Virus record (IMG/VR): IMGVR_UViG_3300042923_000502
Coordinates: 1-64,000 of that record
Length of the DNA stretch: 64,000 nucleotides
Source of the DNA: a virus
Strand: one strand, 5' to 3'
Made by a program: the position numbers and the translations under genes. Positions 37,053 to 47,916 of this stretch are shown here, one piece after another. The notes below the pieces were generated by a model. That model was given only the letters and a program-made list of their open reading frames with translations. It was not told where the DNA came from and searched no databases. Position 1 is the first letter of the stretch. Each line of letters starts with the position of its first letter.

Positions 37053-37328
37053 ATGGAAAAAATTATCAAAATTGGAAATATTGTTATTTATGAGAAACTT
37101 TGTATGATAGATTTTTGGGTTGAATCTTCTATCGGTCGAAAAGATATGACACATAGCGAACTATACAACTTGCTAGTTGATTGCGACCAATGGAAAGTAA
37201 GAGATACAAGCGGCTTCATAACCTTTTGGCATGGAAAAATAGAAGTAACCGCATTTGTTAAGGAACGCGCAACAAGGGCATATTTTAACCCGGAATTAGT
37301 AGAAACAAATGCCGATTTTGCGGTATAA
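37053..37328 (+). CDS. Array hypothetical protein
   Basis: Hairpin + RBS. Confidence 0.8.
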   Translation: MEKIIKIGNIVIYEKLCMIDFWVESSIGRKDMTHSELYNLLVDCDQWKVRDTSGFITFWHGKIEVTAFVKERATRAYFNPELVETNADFAV

Positions 37329-37412
37329 CAATTTTTGGAAGAACTAGCATATAACATTAATTAAGTTATATGCTAACTTGTTTCAAAAATTTAACAAAAG
37401 GATGATAAAAAA

Positions 37413-37796
37413 ATGGAAATAAATCTAAGTTTTAGCGAGTTTCAACAAAAAGCGAGCATTTCCCAATTAATGGAAATTTTCAAAAAATTGGAAGAAAAAC
37501 AAAGTTTTTTAAACTTTCCATTTGAAACAATGAGAATTGAAATAACACTTTCCTTTAATTATTACAATTACATAAAAAAAGGAAAAAAAGTTATATCTAG
37601 TAACATTTCTTTGTTAGTCGATTTGCATCATAGAATAAATAACAATTCTTGGCACATGGATTGGATAAGATTGGATAATATTACATTAACTAGTTCACAA
37701 GTAGAATATTTTAACAATCTTGGCTTTACATTTGAGAATGAAGTTAAACAAGTCGCTAACAATGAAAATAGTCTATCAATAATTGTAAAAGATTGA
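37413..37796 (+). CDS. Array hypothetical protein
   Basis: Hairpin + RBS. Confidence 0.8.
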   Translation: MEINLSFSEFQQKASISQLMEIFKKLEEKQSFLNFPFETMRIEITLSFNYYNYIKKGKKVISSNISLLVDLHHRINNNSWHMDWIRLDNITLTSSQVEYFNNLGFTFENEVKQVANNENSLSIIVKD

Positions 37797-37858
37797 AAAC
37801 ACGAATATTAGTTCGTGTTTTTTCTTGTTTTACAATTAAACTAAAAAGGATGATAAAA

Positions 37859-38350
37859 ATGGAAATTATGAAACAATATGCTAATTTAAAAATTGCTTAT
37901 GAAAGAGCGAAAGAAGAAGATAAAAATAGTATTAAGGATGAATTAAGGACGTTTCTTTATAACAATCCAAGCATATTATTTCCAATGATTGGTAATAAAT
38001 TATGGGAATATATAGGTGACTATGATCACATAAAAGAGGTTTTACAAGGTGAAGAGGAAAGGGACAAAGAAGAGGGAATAAACGAAGGCATGGTCTATTA
38101 TGATGCTACTATCGACTATACCGCAAAAGCTTTAGAAGCGGTTTTACGAATGGTTTTAGAATGGCACATCGAAAGCAATTTTAAATATGTTTCTTTTGGG
38201 CAAACTTACGTGAGCTTTTGGATTTATGCCGAAAAAGAAAATAAAACAAGATTTAACATTGAAACGGATATTTTACACATCATGGAAAATGAAATAAATG
38301 GTAAAAATGATTATGAAATGGTAATTGATGAAAGTGAATATATAGTATAA
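37859..38350 (+). CDS. Array hypothetical acidic protein
   Basis: Start reassigned after hairpin + RBS. Confidence 0.8.
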   Translation: MEIMKQYANLKIAYERAKEEDKNSIKDELRTFLYNNPSILFPMIGNKLWEYIGDYDHIKEVLQGEEERDKEEGINEGMVYYDATIDYTAKALEAVLRMVLEWHIESNFKYVSFGQTYVSFWIYAEKENKTRFNIETDILHIMENEINGKNDYEMVIDESEYIV

Positions 38351-38430
38351 TTTTTGTAAGATAGGCAATATAAGTAAAATTTACTTATATTGCTAATTGT
38401 TACAAAAATTTAAAAAAAGGATGATTGCAC

Positions 38431-39021
38431 ATGAGAGAAGTTAAACCATTTGAAAAAGTCGGAGAAATTAGGAATTCTTATGTAACATACAAATATTACG
38501 ATTATACCCAATATTCTAATCATAAAGATGAAATGTTAAAAAATGGGTATAGAGAAATAAACCAAATGTCATTAGAAGAAAATGACATTTGGTGCAAATT
38601 TGTAGAATACAAGGAAATTCCATTCCATGAAAGAAATTTTTCTAATTTAGATTGGGATAATAACGAAAGTGAATTGCAAGAAATTATGGATACTATGGCA
38701 AGCAATCCGCTTCAATGGGTAATCCCAAGATTTGGAGCAAAAGCGCGGCAAACAATGGGCGAATTATTTAAATACAATTACAAAGTATTTTATGAAGTAT
38801 GCGACTTATTAATAACACCAATTATGGAATCACATGGAGACTATGAAATATTTGGTGAAAATTTATTTAATGTCATTTTGTCAAATGTTAACAAATACGG
38901 TATTTTAGAAAATGACAATTATAAAATGCATCTTTCTAATGAATACGGTGTAACCGTCGAAACCGATTATTATAGAGGTGGTACTTGGGGAAGCTTTACA
39001 ATTGACGAAAGCGGATACTAA
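38431..39021 (+). CDS. Array hypothetical acidic protein
   Basis: Hairpin + RBS. Confidence 0.8.
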   Translation: MREVKPFEKVGEIRNSYVTYKYYDYTQYSNHKDEMLKNGYREINQMSLEENDIWCKFVEYKEIPFHERNFSNLDWDNNESELQEIMDTMASNPLQWVIPRFGAKARQTMGELFKYNYKVFYEVCDLLITPIMESHGDYEIFGENLFNVILSNVNKYGILENDNYKMHLSNEYGVTVETDYYRGGTWGSFTIDESGY

Positions 39022-39108
39022 CAATTTTTGAAAGAAAGAGCATATAACACAAACGGTTATATGCTCCATTGTTTCAAAAATTTAATAAGTAAAAGGAATG
39101 ATTGTAAA

Positions 39109-39372
39109 ATGATGGTAGTAATAGAGAGACAGGAAAGAGTAGAAGTCAAGTCAGTGATTGGTGCAAGATTACGTAAGATGATTAAAAAGTTGCCGCAATA
39201 CATCAAAACTGATATTTTTAAAATGATACATAATACATCAGGTGATTATGCTTGTTACGGTGAGACATATGTTGAACTACATTTCAGCAAGCAATGCCTG
39301 TCAGCAATTACATTGGATGCTATAAATATTGATGATAATACATCAAAACGTTTTACGCTTATCATCGAATAA
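39109..39372 (+). CDS. Array hypothetical protein
   Basis: Start reassigned after hairpin + RBS. Confidence 0.75.
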   Translation: MMVVIERQERVEVKSVIGARLRKMIKKLPQYIKTDIFKMIHNTSGDYACYGETYVELHFSKQCLSAITLDAINIDDNTSKRFTLIIE

Positions 39373-39462
39373 GACATAAAATTTGAAAAGATAGAAAGAT
39401 ACGAATATAAATTCGTATCTTTTAATTGTTTTCAAATTTAACAAAAAAAGGATGATAACACA

Positions 39463-39699
39463 ATGGGAAATAGAGAAGTTATTGCTTGCTGGGGAATTTC
39501 AAATGTTGCGTCATTAAACGTATGGGAAATGAGATCAGATGAAGCAATGTTGGTGGGAATTAATGACGATGAACCTGAGTGGTGCGAAATTGAATTTATA
39601 CCAAATGAAGAATCTTTAAGTGATGATTACGAAACAGTTAATGTAATTAATTTCCATGGAAATATATACCGACTTGACGAATGTATGAGAGTTAGATAA
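39463..39699 (+). CDS. Array hypothetical acidic protein
   Basis: Hairpin + RBS. Confidence 0.8.
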   Translation: MGNREVIACWGISNVASLNVWEMRSDEAMLVGINDDEPEWCEIEFIPNEESLSDDYETVNVINFHGNIYRLDECMRVR

Positions 39700-39801
39700 T
39701 TCAGTGACTCATAGTGCCATCTATACAACTATATATAGATGGTATTATTGATTTACCGAATAACACAAAATCATATAACGCTTGAAAGGATGTATACCAA
39801 C

Positions 39802-40113
39802 ATGAAAACTTATGCAATACATGTAAGAATGAAGCCTATTCAAATTGTAGAAGCTTCTAACCGCGCTGACGCTATTGAAATTATCCGTAAAAAGTTTGTC
39901 AATGCTTTTATTACAAAGGTAGAAAAGACACAGAAAAAAGCGCTTTGGTGTGATCGTATTGTCCTTGTAACGCCTAATAACACAAAGTACAAGCCTTTCA
40001 CAGTTACATATTTTGAATATTGTGACGAGAATGCTTTACAAGTTGCCAGAGACAATGGATATGACAAAATCGGCACAATAGAAATTTTTAATTCGGTTAC
40101 AAATGTCATATAA
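39802..40113 (+). CDS. Array hypothetical protein
   Basis: Start reassigned after hairpin + RBS. Confidence 0.75.
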   Translation: MKTYAIHVRMKPIQIVEASNRADAIEIIRKKFVNAFITKVEKTQKKALWCDRIVLVTPNNTKYKPFTVTYFEYCDENALQVARDNGYDKIGTIEIFNSVTNVI

Positions 40114-40139
40114 AATAACATCATGAAGGAGAATTTCAC

Positions 40140-40346
40140 ATGAAAAAAATCCAAATCAGAAATTTGTTTGATGTTGCCGTTGAAATGAAATTGTCAGCGA
40201 AATATTATGCGGTTATCTTATTTCAACTTAACAAAGAAATGGCAATAAAACTTAGACGGCAATGGATAACCGGACGTATAACACAAATTGAATATAGTGA
40301 CAGATTGGTTGATTCCATTTTAAGAGAAGTACAGTCTATCAGTTAG
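40140..40346 (+). CDS. Array hypothetical protein
   Basis: AAGGAG RBS. Confidence 0.7.
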   Translation: MKKIQIRNLFDVAVEMKLSAKYYAVILFQLNKEMAIKLRRQWITGRITQIEYSDRLVDSILREVQSIS

Positions 40347-40452
40347 TGAATGACAATGACATTAAGCCATAACACGGCTATATATGTAAGGCTTAATGTT
40401 ATTAGTGAGTTACTAACTACAAATTATCAATATATAAAAAGGATGGTTAAAT

Positions 40453-40746
40453 ATGGAAATGAAGAAGAATTCTGATGTGATTAAGGCGTTTCTCATGGGA
40501 TACAAGGAAGGACAGGCAAACAATCTTAGAATTGAAGAAAGAGCAGGAAGAACAGCTTTATTAAACTTTGATACAGTTTTGGCAGAAATTATGGATCACG
40601 GCAAAGATATTCATATTAACAAGAGTAATTACGGCAGAAGCACTACACGAATTCAGAACGAATTGATCCGCAAGGTTGAAGAAGACAAGAGTATCAGAGT
40701 ATTTTACTACTTTGGTATTGACAAGCACAGCAAAATATTGGTTTAA
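40453..40746 (+). CDS. Array hypothetical protein
   Basis: Hairpin + RBS. Confidence 0.8.
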   Translation: MEMKKNSDVIKAFLMGYKEGQANNLRIEERAGRTALLNFDTVLAEIMDHGKDIHINKSNYGRSTTRIQNELIRKVEEDKSIRVFYYFGIDKHSKILV

Positions 40747-41163
40747 GGAGAGAAGACAATGACAAAACGAACTCAGAAAGAATTATTGGAATGGGACTTG
40801 GAAAATGCGCGTGAATCATGGACAAAATCAGAAACTCAAGAACAATCAGCAATGTGGTATTCAGAGATGAAGAAAATTGAATCTCAGATTGATGAAATGG
40901 AGACACAGAAATGACAGAAAAATATTATCAAATACAAGCTGATCTAAGGGAAGCAAATAAAAGCGGAGACTTAAAAAAGATTAAGCGACTCAGAAACAAG
41001 TTAACAAAGTGGCAGATTGCTTATGGAGCGTATGCACCTATAACACAAGAAAATTGCCACAAGTATGATTGATTCAGTGAATGATAGTCCTCTATAACAT
41101 ACAAGTATAGAGGACAATTGATTTATTGAATTACAAATAATATAAAAAAGGATGATAACACGA

Positions 41164-41361
41164 ATGTCAATGACCAAACGAGAGATCAAAAAAGCATCAG
41201 AATTAGTTCCAAACTTCATTAAAGTATTTGAGAACGATGTGCAAGAAGACATTCATACAGACGCAAAAGAAATGACATATGAAGAATTTGAACTGATTTG
41301 CCGATTGCATGAAAAGCTAACACATGCTATAAACTATGTTGACCAGAGTATTTTCAAATAA
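41164..41361 (+). CDS. Array hypothetical protein
   Basis: Hairpin + RBS. Confidence 0.7.
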   Translation: MSMTKREIKKASELVPNFIKVFENDVQEDIHTDAKEMTYEEFELICRLHEKLTHAINYVDQSIFK

Positions 41362-41451
41362 TTCAGTGATTCAAAGTGCGTTCTATAATACATATTATAG
41401 AGCGTATTATTGTTTTACCGAATTACACTAAATTAAAAAGGATGATAACAC

Positions 41452-41739
41452 ATGAGCAAACTTTATAAAGGAAATGTAAAAACATCGGACGTACATTATC
41501 AAGAGGTTATTCTTACAGCACAAAGAAATGGTAATGACATAAACGGAAATAGCAAGTACAAGGTTCAGGTTTGGATGATTGTAAAAGATGATCACAATAT
41601 GGAATCAGGTACTCTATGGAGTCCTGTGGTAAAAGGATATAGAAAAAATAAGTATGACGAATACACATTAGTATCATCTGACCTTGATCATGATGTTACA
41701 CGCTTTATTGAAGCTTTTGAAAAAACGGTTAGAGCTTAA
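41452..41739 (+). CDS. Array hypothetical protein
   Basis: Hairpin + RBS. Confidence 0.8.
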   Translation: MSKLYKGNVKTSDVHYQEVILTAQRNGNDINGNSKYKVQVWMIVKDDHNMESGTLWSPVVKGYRKNKYDEYTLVSSDLDHDVTRFIEAFEKTVRA

Positions 41740-41828
41740 TCAGTGATAAAAAGTGTCTTACATGATCATATTATGTAAGGCATTATTGTATTACTGATTT
41801 TAAATTACAATGAAAAGGATGATATAAC

Positions 41829-42257
41829 ATGACAACAAAACCATTTACAACCAGAGGGCAAATTGTAGCGGTAACACTTGACAACAATGGTAAAGAGCTT
41901 GCAGTAAGTGTATGCATGAATCCAGACAATATCAGCGAAGCCATTTTGGAAGCTTCAAACGGTGATACGCTTATAGTCAAGTGGGAACGTATTACATTTT
42001 GCAGAGACTATAAACCTTTTGAATTGAATCGCCTTAACAAAGGAGATAATGTTCAAGGCAGAGAAGTTTTGAAAGTAAAAAACTTTCCGCATGATCATCA
42101 CTTACAACTTGTTCTGTGCAAGTGGAAAGAGTTCAGATTCGTTGTATGGCAATACAACATAGAATCAGAAGGTTTTAACTTCGGATACTATTACACATCA
42201 ATAGAAGATGCTGAGGAAAAATTTAAAGAACGTATGGAATACTATGACATCAAGTAA
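41829..42257 (+). CDS. Array hypothetical protein
   Basis: Hairpin + RBS. Confidence 0.8.
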   Translation: MTTKPFTTRGQIVAVTLDNNGKELAVSVCMNPDNISEAILEASNGDTLIVKWERITFCRDYKPFELNRLNKGDNVQGREVLKVKNFPHDHHLQLVLCKWKEFRFVVWQYNIESEGFNFGYYYTSIEDAEEKFKERMEYYDIK

Positions 42258-42349
42258 ATTCAGTGATTCAAAATGCCTTATATAAACCATATTATATAAG
42301 GCATCATTGCTTTACTGAATAACATTACATTACAAAAGGATGATAAGTT

Positions 42350-42553
42350 ATGTACAAATATGAAAAAGAACTGATCAAGATTGTGGAGAGTGTAGGTGAT
42401 GGCAGAACTATTGCTGATCTTTCGGAAAAAAGCTTTAGAAACCGCGAATTTGAAAGCTTTGAAGCTCATGAAATTTATGATATTGCAAGAGGTTCCAGTC
42501 ATTTCAGATACGATGAACGGACTCAGAAGGTTTACTTAGTTAAAAATTCATAA
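42350..42553 (+). CDS. Array hypothetical protein
   Basis: Hairpin + RBS. Confidence 0.75.
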   Translation: MYKYEKELIKIVESVGDGRTIADLSEKSFRNREFESFEAHEIYDIARGSSHFRYDERTQKVYLVKNS

Positions 42554-42626
42554 TTCATATGTTGCCTTTTACATATAGTAAAGGGCAAAAATGTATTATG
42601 AATTATATAAGAAAGGATGATATTAA

Positions 42627-43016
42627 ATGTCAGATAGAAAAAAATATAGCTTCAATTATAGCTATGATGAAGTTGTATCGTTTAATCATAAATTGTTGAA
42701 CGACATTTCAGATCCAGAGTATGACTACAAATTGACAACTGACTTCAAAGATGCAATTTATCTTTTGCATGATGCCAAAATGATTTCAGGCGGCAAAGCA
42801 GAAGCAGGTTTTCGGCATATTGATCATCGTATGATTGAATGCACAATGGAGATTGACAGATACAATGACAATTTTTGGGATGAAGTCCATGCCAGATTTA
42901 AAATTGTACGCCTTGTACCAGAAAGTGAATATGCATTGATCAAAAAAGGTCAGGTTTTAACACGCATTCAGGAATATTTAATTAAAGAAAATGGGTATAT
43001 AATAGAAGAATATTAA
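42627..43016 (+). CDS. Array hypothetical protein
   Basis: Hairpin + RBS. Confidence 0.8.
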   Translation: MSDRKKYSFNYSYDEVVSFNHKLLNDISDPEYDYKLTTDFKDAIYLLHDAKMISGGKAEAGFRHIDHRMIECTMEIDRYNDNFWDEVHARFKIVRLVPESEYALIKKGQVLTRIQEYLIKENGYIIEEY

Positions 43017-43034
43017 AAGAGAGGAAGATATAAA

Positions 43035-43241
43035 ATGGCAATGATTCAGTCACACTATGAGATCAACGTTTCACTTAATGGTAGGCACTTATTTGCGACA
43101 GCGGAGAGAAGTTGCGTAACACAGGACGATTTAAATAAGGTATTAGACATATTTGTTGCCAAGTTTCCAAAATCAGAAGGATATAAAATATCTTACTCTC
43201 ACATTAAATGTGAAGGAAGATCAAAGGAAGTCAGAAACTAA
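43035..43241 (+). CDS. Array hypothetical protein
   Basis: GAGG RBS. Confidence 0.75.
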   Translation: MAMIQSHYEINVSLNGRHLFATAERSCVTQDDLNKVLDIFVAKFPKSEGYKISYSHIKCEGRSKEVRN

Positions 43242-43333
43242 TTCGGTCAATGATAGCACCTTGTATAAACATATTATATAAGGTGTAATTGATTCACTGA
43301 ATTAACAAATAAATTAAAAAAGGATGATTAAAT

Positions 43334-43993
43334 ATGTTTATGACAAAACAATATCCGACAGTTTACGAGAAGTTTGGTGATGTCAATCCTATTGAACATG
43401 GCGGAGGTCTTTACACAGAAATTTCCGATGGCGTATTCGATATTATTCATATCGAACCAGATCAAAACAGATGTGATCTTGGTTGGTTTAATGTGGTTCA
43501 AGTTGACACAAACGATTCTTGGATTCAGGAGAAGAAAGAAGGCTTGTTTTCGACTTATGATATGAACGAATCACAGAATAATAGCATCGACTTTGCTCTT
43601 GCCTGCATCGGATATTTTGGAATCGAAAATTTTGGTGGAGATCAAAGTTACGAAATGCTGATTGACAAAAGGGATATTGAAGAGTCATTGAATGAAGTTA
43701 TTACAGAAAACTTTATCCAAGATGATAACACTATCAGATGCAAGGTTATCAATTATTTCGATGTATGGGGCAATCAGAAAGATGGTTATCAAGTTAATAA
43801 CATGTGCAATGAAGGTGAAATCACAGTTCCTAAAGATGCATCCAACAGAGATGTTGTCGATGCATTAAAGAAAATGGGATTCTTCAAAAAACATGTTCGT
43901 ATGAATATGTGTCAGTTTGAAAGTGCATATATCGACGTATGGGTAATTAACGATTCAAAAGGAAAACCTGTTTGTTGCGTTGAGCCACTATAA
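43334..43993 (+). CDS. Array hypothetical protein, probably two domains
   Basis: GDVNPIEHGG N-domain and DVWGNQKDGYQVNN C-domain. Confidence 0.8.
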   Translation: MFMTKQYPTVYEKFGDVNPIEHGGGLYTEISDGVFDIIHIEPDQNRCDLGWFNVVQVDTNDSWIQEKKEGLFSTYDMNESQNNSIDFALACIGYFGIENFGGDQSYEMLIDKRDIEESLNEVITENFIQDDNTIRCKVINYFDVWGNQKDGYQVNNMCNEGEITVPKDASNRDVVDALKKMGFFKKHVRMNMCQFESAYIDVWVINDSKGKPVCCVEPL

Positions 43994-44087
43994 CATTCAG
44001 AACTAAATACTATGTCTTTCTACTCATATAGTAGGAAGACATAAATTGTTTTCTGAATAAAAATAATATTGCAAAGGATGATAAACA

Positions 44088-44303
44088 ATGCGTATAACAC
44101 CCGAATACAGAAACCACTTGAAAGTTGAAGGACATAAAGGCACATGGTATGTTGTCGATGAAACTAATCACAATGACCAACAGGTTTATCTGTTGGAGCA
44201 TGAGAAATACGGTGAAGATGTTGCCTGTCTTATTGTTGACAAGGATTTGAATGTTCTGGTTGACGATGTTTGGAATGGATTCGATGATTTAGAGTATTTG
44301 TAA
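44088..44303 (+). CDS. Array small acidic protein
   Basis: GHKGTWYVVD...LLEHEKYGED...WNGFDDL; hairpin + RBS. Confidence 0.8.
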   Translation: MRITPEYRNHLKVEGHKGTWYVVDETNHNDQQVYLLEHEKYGEDVACLIVDKDLNVLVDDVWNGFDDLEYL

Positions 44304-44579
44304 AATCAAACATCAAAGGAGAATAACAGATGAAATCACTAAAAAGAAGATATTATTGTTCAGCTAAGGACAACAAAGGTCAATTGACACAATTTGAGTT
44401 AGTTGCTGAGAGCAAGAAAGAAGCAGTGCAGAGATGCAAAGATGAATGCAAAAGACTTGATTATGTATTCATGGAAGTAAGCTTATAGCAGGTAGTTTCA
44501 GAATTGATTGTGCCTTACATTACAACATTATATGTAAGGCATTAATGAGTTATTGAAACTCAAGAAAGGATGATAAACA

Positions 44580-44798
44580 GTGATTGTTGGATATTATTGT
44601 CACAAAGAAGACAAGGAATTAACAGGATTAAATGTAATGGTAGTATTGAAACATGATAATGGACAATTAGAAGCGTATTGTCCATCAGAACAACACTTTC
44701 CATTGACAGAAGAATATTTTAATGAATGTGTTAGAATAACAAAAGAGCAATATGTCAATGCCAGCTCGTTGTGGACTCCGGCTGAATACTTAAACTAA
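44580..44798 (+). CDS. Array hypothetical protein
   Basis: Hairpin + RBS. Confidence 0.75.
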   Translation: MIVGYYCHKEDKELTGLNVMVVLKHDNGQLEAYCPSEQHFPLTEEYFNECVRITKEQYVNASSLWTPAEYLN

Positions 44799-44821
44799 AT
44801 TAGAAAAGAGGATGATAACAT

Positions 44822-45238
44822 ATGACAAGTCAAAGAAGTGTTGCTGTAGAAAGATTTGAAAAGTTGGAAGAAATGGGATATTCTCACACGGATATTCTTA
44901 ATTACATTCTTTTCAATTGGATGAACGCTGATGATGCATGTGAAAGCCTTGAAGGATTCGCAGGAGACATGGACTTCTCCTTTGAAGAAGATGAAGCAGA
45001 AGAAGGCACAGAAAATGAAATTGAACCTACCTATGAAGTAGGCGACACCGTAACAATAGCAAGTGACAATGAAAATTATTTTGAATACTTAGGAAAAGAC
45101 CTTACAGTAGCCAAAGTTTCAACAAGTATTGAAGATCATCCTGGTTTTGATGACTCAGTAGGAGAAGCCTTGTATGACCTTGAGACGGAAGATGGCGAAC
45201 CTGTACCATTTTCGGTGTATGAATATGAATTGAATTGA
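44822..45238 (+). CDS. Array highly acidic protein
   Basis: GAGGATG RBS; very D/E-rich. Confidence 0.8.
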   Translation: MTSQRSVAVERFEKLEEMGYSHTDILNYILFNWMNADDACESLEGFAGDMDFSFEEDEAEEGTENEIEPTYEVGDTVTIASDNENYFEYLGKDLTVAKVSTSIEDHPGFDDSVGEALYDLETEDGEPVPFSVYEYELN

Positions 45239-45334
45239 TTCAGAATAATATACTATGCTCTTTACTCTATATATAGTAGAGAGCATAAATACTTTTCTGA
45301 ATAGAAAAGAATAACATTAAAAGGATGATAACAC

Positions 45335-45715
45335 ATGAGAACAACGAAAAAAGAATTTGTAGCTCAGATTCAAGAACATATTGCAAATAGATTGTCGGAA
45401 GATGAAACAACGGTATTGAGCGAACAGCTGCAAAATGTTATGGATGACTTTAAAGATTGGTATAATCCATATGAGAAGAAATTGACACCAAACAGGCATG
45501 ATGCTCTTAAACATTGGCTGTGGGGTCTTCCATCGTCATTATCTCTTGAGTATCAACACTACAATATCAGTAAGATTCTTAAAAAATGGTTTAATGAGTG
45601 TGGGGAAGAATATAAGGAAATTGGAGATGGCAGAAAAGAAGCTGATTTTTATATGAATTTGGTAATACGCGAATTTAACAAAATGTATAACAAGCATTGC
45701 AAGCAAACGAATTAA
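45335..45715 (+). CDS. Array hypothetical protein
   Basis: Hairpin + RBS. Confidence 0.8.
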   Translation: MRTTKKEFVAQIQEHIANRLSEDETTVLSEQLQNVMDDFKDWYNPYEKKLTPNRHDALKHWLWGLPSSLSLEYQHYNISKILKKWFNECGEEYKEIGDGRKEADFYMNLVIREFNKMYNKHCKQTN

Positions 45716-45801
45716 TTCAGAATTTTATTATACCTTTTATATTGCAATATATAAAAGGTATAAATACTTTTCTGAATGGAAAGTAAATTTAACGGATAAG
45801 G

Positions 45802-46155
45802 ATGATCATAATGGCATATACTATGCTTACACCAGAAGTTGTTGAATTTCTCTCAAAAGAGGAATTAAAAGGTAAATTAATGACGTTGCGCATGTCTTCC
45901 GTTGCAGACAAGAGAAATACTATTCAATTGTCGGAAGGATTCATTGAATCTGTAAGAGTAAACGAAGAAACAGAAGTTGAAAGAGAAGGATTCAGCATTC
46001 AATTAATGAACAAAAAAGGAGAATTGTATTATAGACCAGAGTGCTTCTTTGGCACATTTGACAATTTTGAAATTAATTCTTATGAAACATCAACAGTACT
46101 TAGAATTAATTACAAAGATCAAAGCTACTTTATTATTAAGATTTACGGCATATAA
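45802..46155 (+). CDS. Array hypothetical protein (paralog of the next gene)
   Basis: TPEVVEFLS..KGKL..IKIYGI. Confidence 0.8.
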   Translation: MIIMAYTMLTPEVVEFLSKEELKGKLMTLRMSSVADKRNTIQLSEGFIESVRVNEETEVEREGFSIQLMNKKGELYYRPECFFGTFDNFEINSYETSTVLRINYKDQSYFIIKIYGI

Positions 46156-46173
46156 CACATTAAAAAAAGGGGA

Positions 46174-46494
46174 ATGAAAATGACAGAAAACATAATAACA
46201 CCAGAGATAATTGACTTACTCTCTAGTAAAGATGTAAATGACAAATTAATTACAGTGAGTACATCAACGAATAGATCAAATAGTGTAATTTCAGGATTTG
46301 TTGATAGTATCAAGGTAATTGATGGTAAGGAAATAGTAATTCAGATTGGTGATAAAAATGAAAATCTGATGGGTGAACCGCTTATCTTTAAAGATTTTGA
46401 CAAGATATTTATAGGTACTGATAGCATATGTACCAAACTAAGACTTCAACATTTAAATGGTGATTATTCATTTATTCAAATTTACGGAGTATAA
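46174..46494 (+). CDS. Array hypothetical protein (paralog of the previous gene)
   Basis: TPEIIDLLS..NDKL..IQIYGV. Confidence 0.8.
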   Translation: MKMTENIITPEIIDLLSSKDVNDKLITVSTSTNRSNSVISGFVDSIKVIDGKEIVIQIGDKNENLMGEPLIFKDFDKIFIGTDSICTKLRLQHLNGDYSFIQIYGV

Positions 46495-46582
46495 TTCAGA
46501 ATAACATATGATGCCTTTTACTTGTAATAAGTAGAAGGCATAAATGCTCTTCTGAGCAACAAATAACACCAAGAAAAGGGGA

Positions 46583-46771
46583 ATGATAACCATGACAAAA
46601 GTAGCGACATCAGGAAAAATTAAGACACGAAAAGAGCATACTGTGTCGGGACGTTCCAACGTCACAAACGAAGTATACAAAAGAATATTTACAAGCTATT
46701 CAGAAATGAACAAGTGGGCTGAAAAGAATGATCTTGTAATATTCAACGTTGTTACAAAGGTTATCAAATAA
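46583..46771 (+). CDS. Array hypothetical protein
   Basis: Hairpin + RBS. Confidence 0.65.
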   Translation: MITMTKVATSGKIKTRKEHTVSGRSNVTNEVYKRIFTSYSEMNKWAEKNDLVIFNVVTKVIK

Positions 46772-46792
46772 CAGATAAAAGGAGATTGAGCA

Positions 46793-47188
46793 ATGACAAA
46801 ACACATTAAATTGAACATTAAGGTAATGCTTAATACGAATTTCGGAAAAGTTCAGATTGGTGAAATTTCATTAAATCCAAGTGTAATGGGAAGCATATCA
46901 GAAGAGTATATTGTAGAGCAATGGTTCAAAAATGTTAATGTAAATGTTCAGCAAATTGCTAGAGTATGGACACAGGCGGAAAACCGCTCTTATCTGTATG
47001 GAGTTCATTATCACAATAACGGAAAAGAACTATATGAATTCTATTATGTTTCAAGAGGTATGCTGTATGATGACCATGGATATTTAGAAGAAATTGAAGT
47101 AGGCGAATTTTTAGGAGACTTGACAACACTCGATCAGGCAACGGCTTTGGATGCGTTTATGGTGAAGATCAAAGAAGAATTGAGTTAA
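46793..47188 (+). CDS. Array hypothetical protein
   Basis: AAGGAG RBS. Confidence 0.8.
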   Translation: MTKHIKLNIKVMLNTNFGKVQIGEISLNPSVMGSISEEYIVEQWFKNVNVNVQQIARVWTQAENRSYLYGVHYHNNGKELYEFYYVSRGMLYDDHGYLEEIEVGEFLGDLTTLDQATALDAFMVKIKEELS

Positions 47189-47265
47189 TTCAGAATAATA
47201 TACTATGTCTTTTACTTCTAATAGTAGAAGACATAAATACTCTTCTGAGTAATCATAACAAAGGA

Positions 47266-47691
47266 GTGGTAACAATGAAATACAAAACGATTGGAACAGT
47301 TAGACTTGCAAAGCGTCTTAAAAACCTTAGCAAAGGTGATGTAATCCTTGACACAGCATTTAACAAATACGCTAACGGTGTAACAAGCTACAGCTTATGC
47401 ATTTGGGAAGTAATCAAGAAACATGTTGATATTAGCCTTATACACAAAGCAGAGATGACTTTCACGCAAAAAGATTGGTATACGTTGACTCTATCTCATA
47501 AAGACGGATACACTTTTAAATTACGCGGTATGTCATCTGGTTATTATGGCGAAGGATCAAGAGCAACAGAAAAAGTTTTGCTTGATTGTGGATTCAGTCA
47601 AAGTGCTATTGATATTATCTTTATCAAAAATAACGAAAATTGGATCATTCGCAAGTTTGCAACAAAGGGAACTAGAGTTCACATCAGATAA
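47266..47691 (+). CDS. Array hypothetical protein
   Basis: GMSSGYYGEGSR motif; hairpin + RBS. Confidence 0.8.
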   Translation: MVTMKYKTIGTVRLAKRLKNLSKGDVILDTAFNKYANGVTSYSLCIWEVIKKHVDISLIHKAEMTFTQKDWYTLTLSHKDGYTFKLRGMSSGYYGEGSRATEKVLLDCGFSQSAIDIIFIKNNENWIIRKFATKGTRVHIR

Positions 47692-47888
47692 AGGAGTGAA
47701 GATACATGATAAAACAATACGTTTACCATAACACAACAACAGATGAAGTCGTAGGGTTCAATGCTAATAGCCTACACCAATCAAAGATCAGAATGAGAAG
47801 GCTATCCAGAGTTCATTTCATCGGTAGCAAGGCAAGTGATTGGAAGTTTGTTAAAACAGATAAAAAAATGAGACACTGAAAATTATAC

Positions 47889-47916
47889 TTGCATAGTCGG
47901 TAAAATGTGGTATAAT
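47889..47916 (+). promoter_or_regulatory. sigma-A-type promoter
   Basis: TTGCAT...TGTGG-TATAAT extended -10. Confidence 0.65.
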
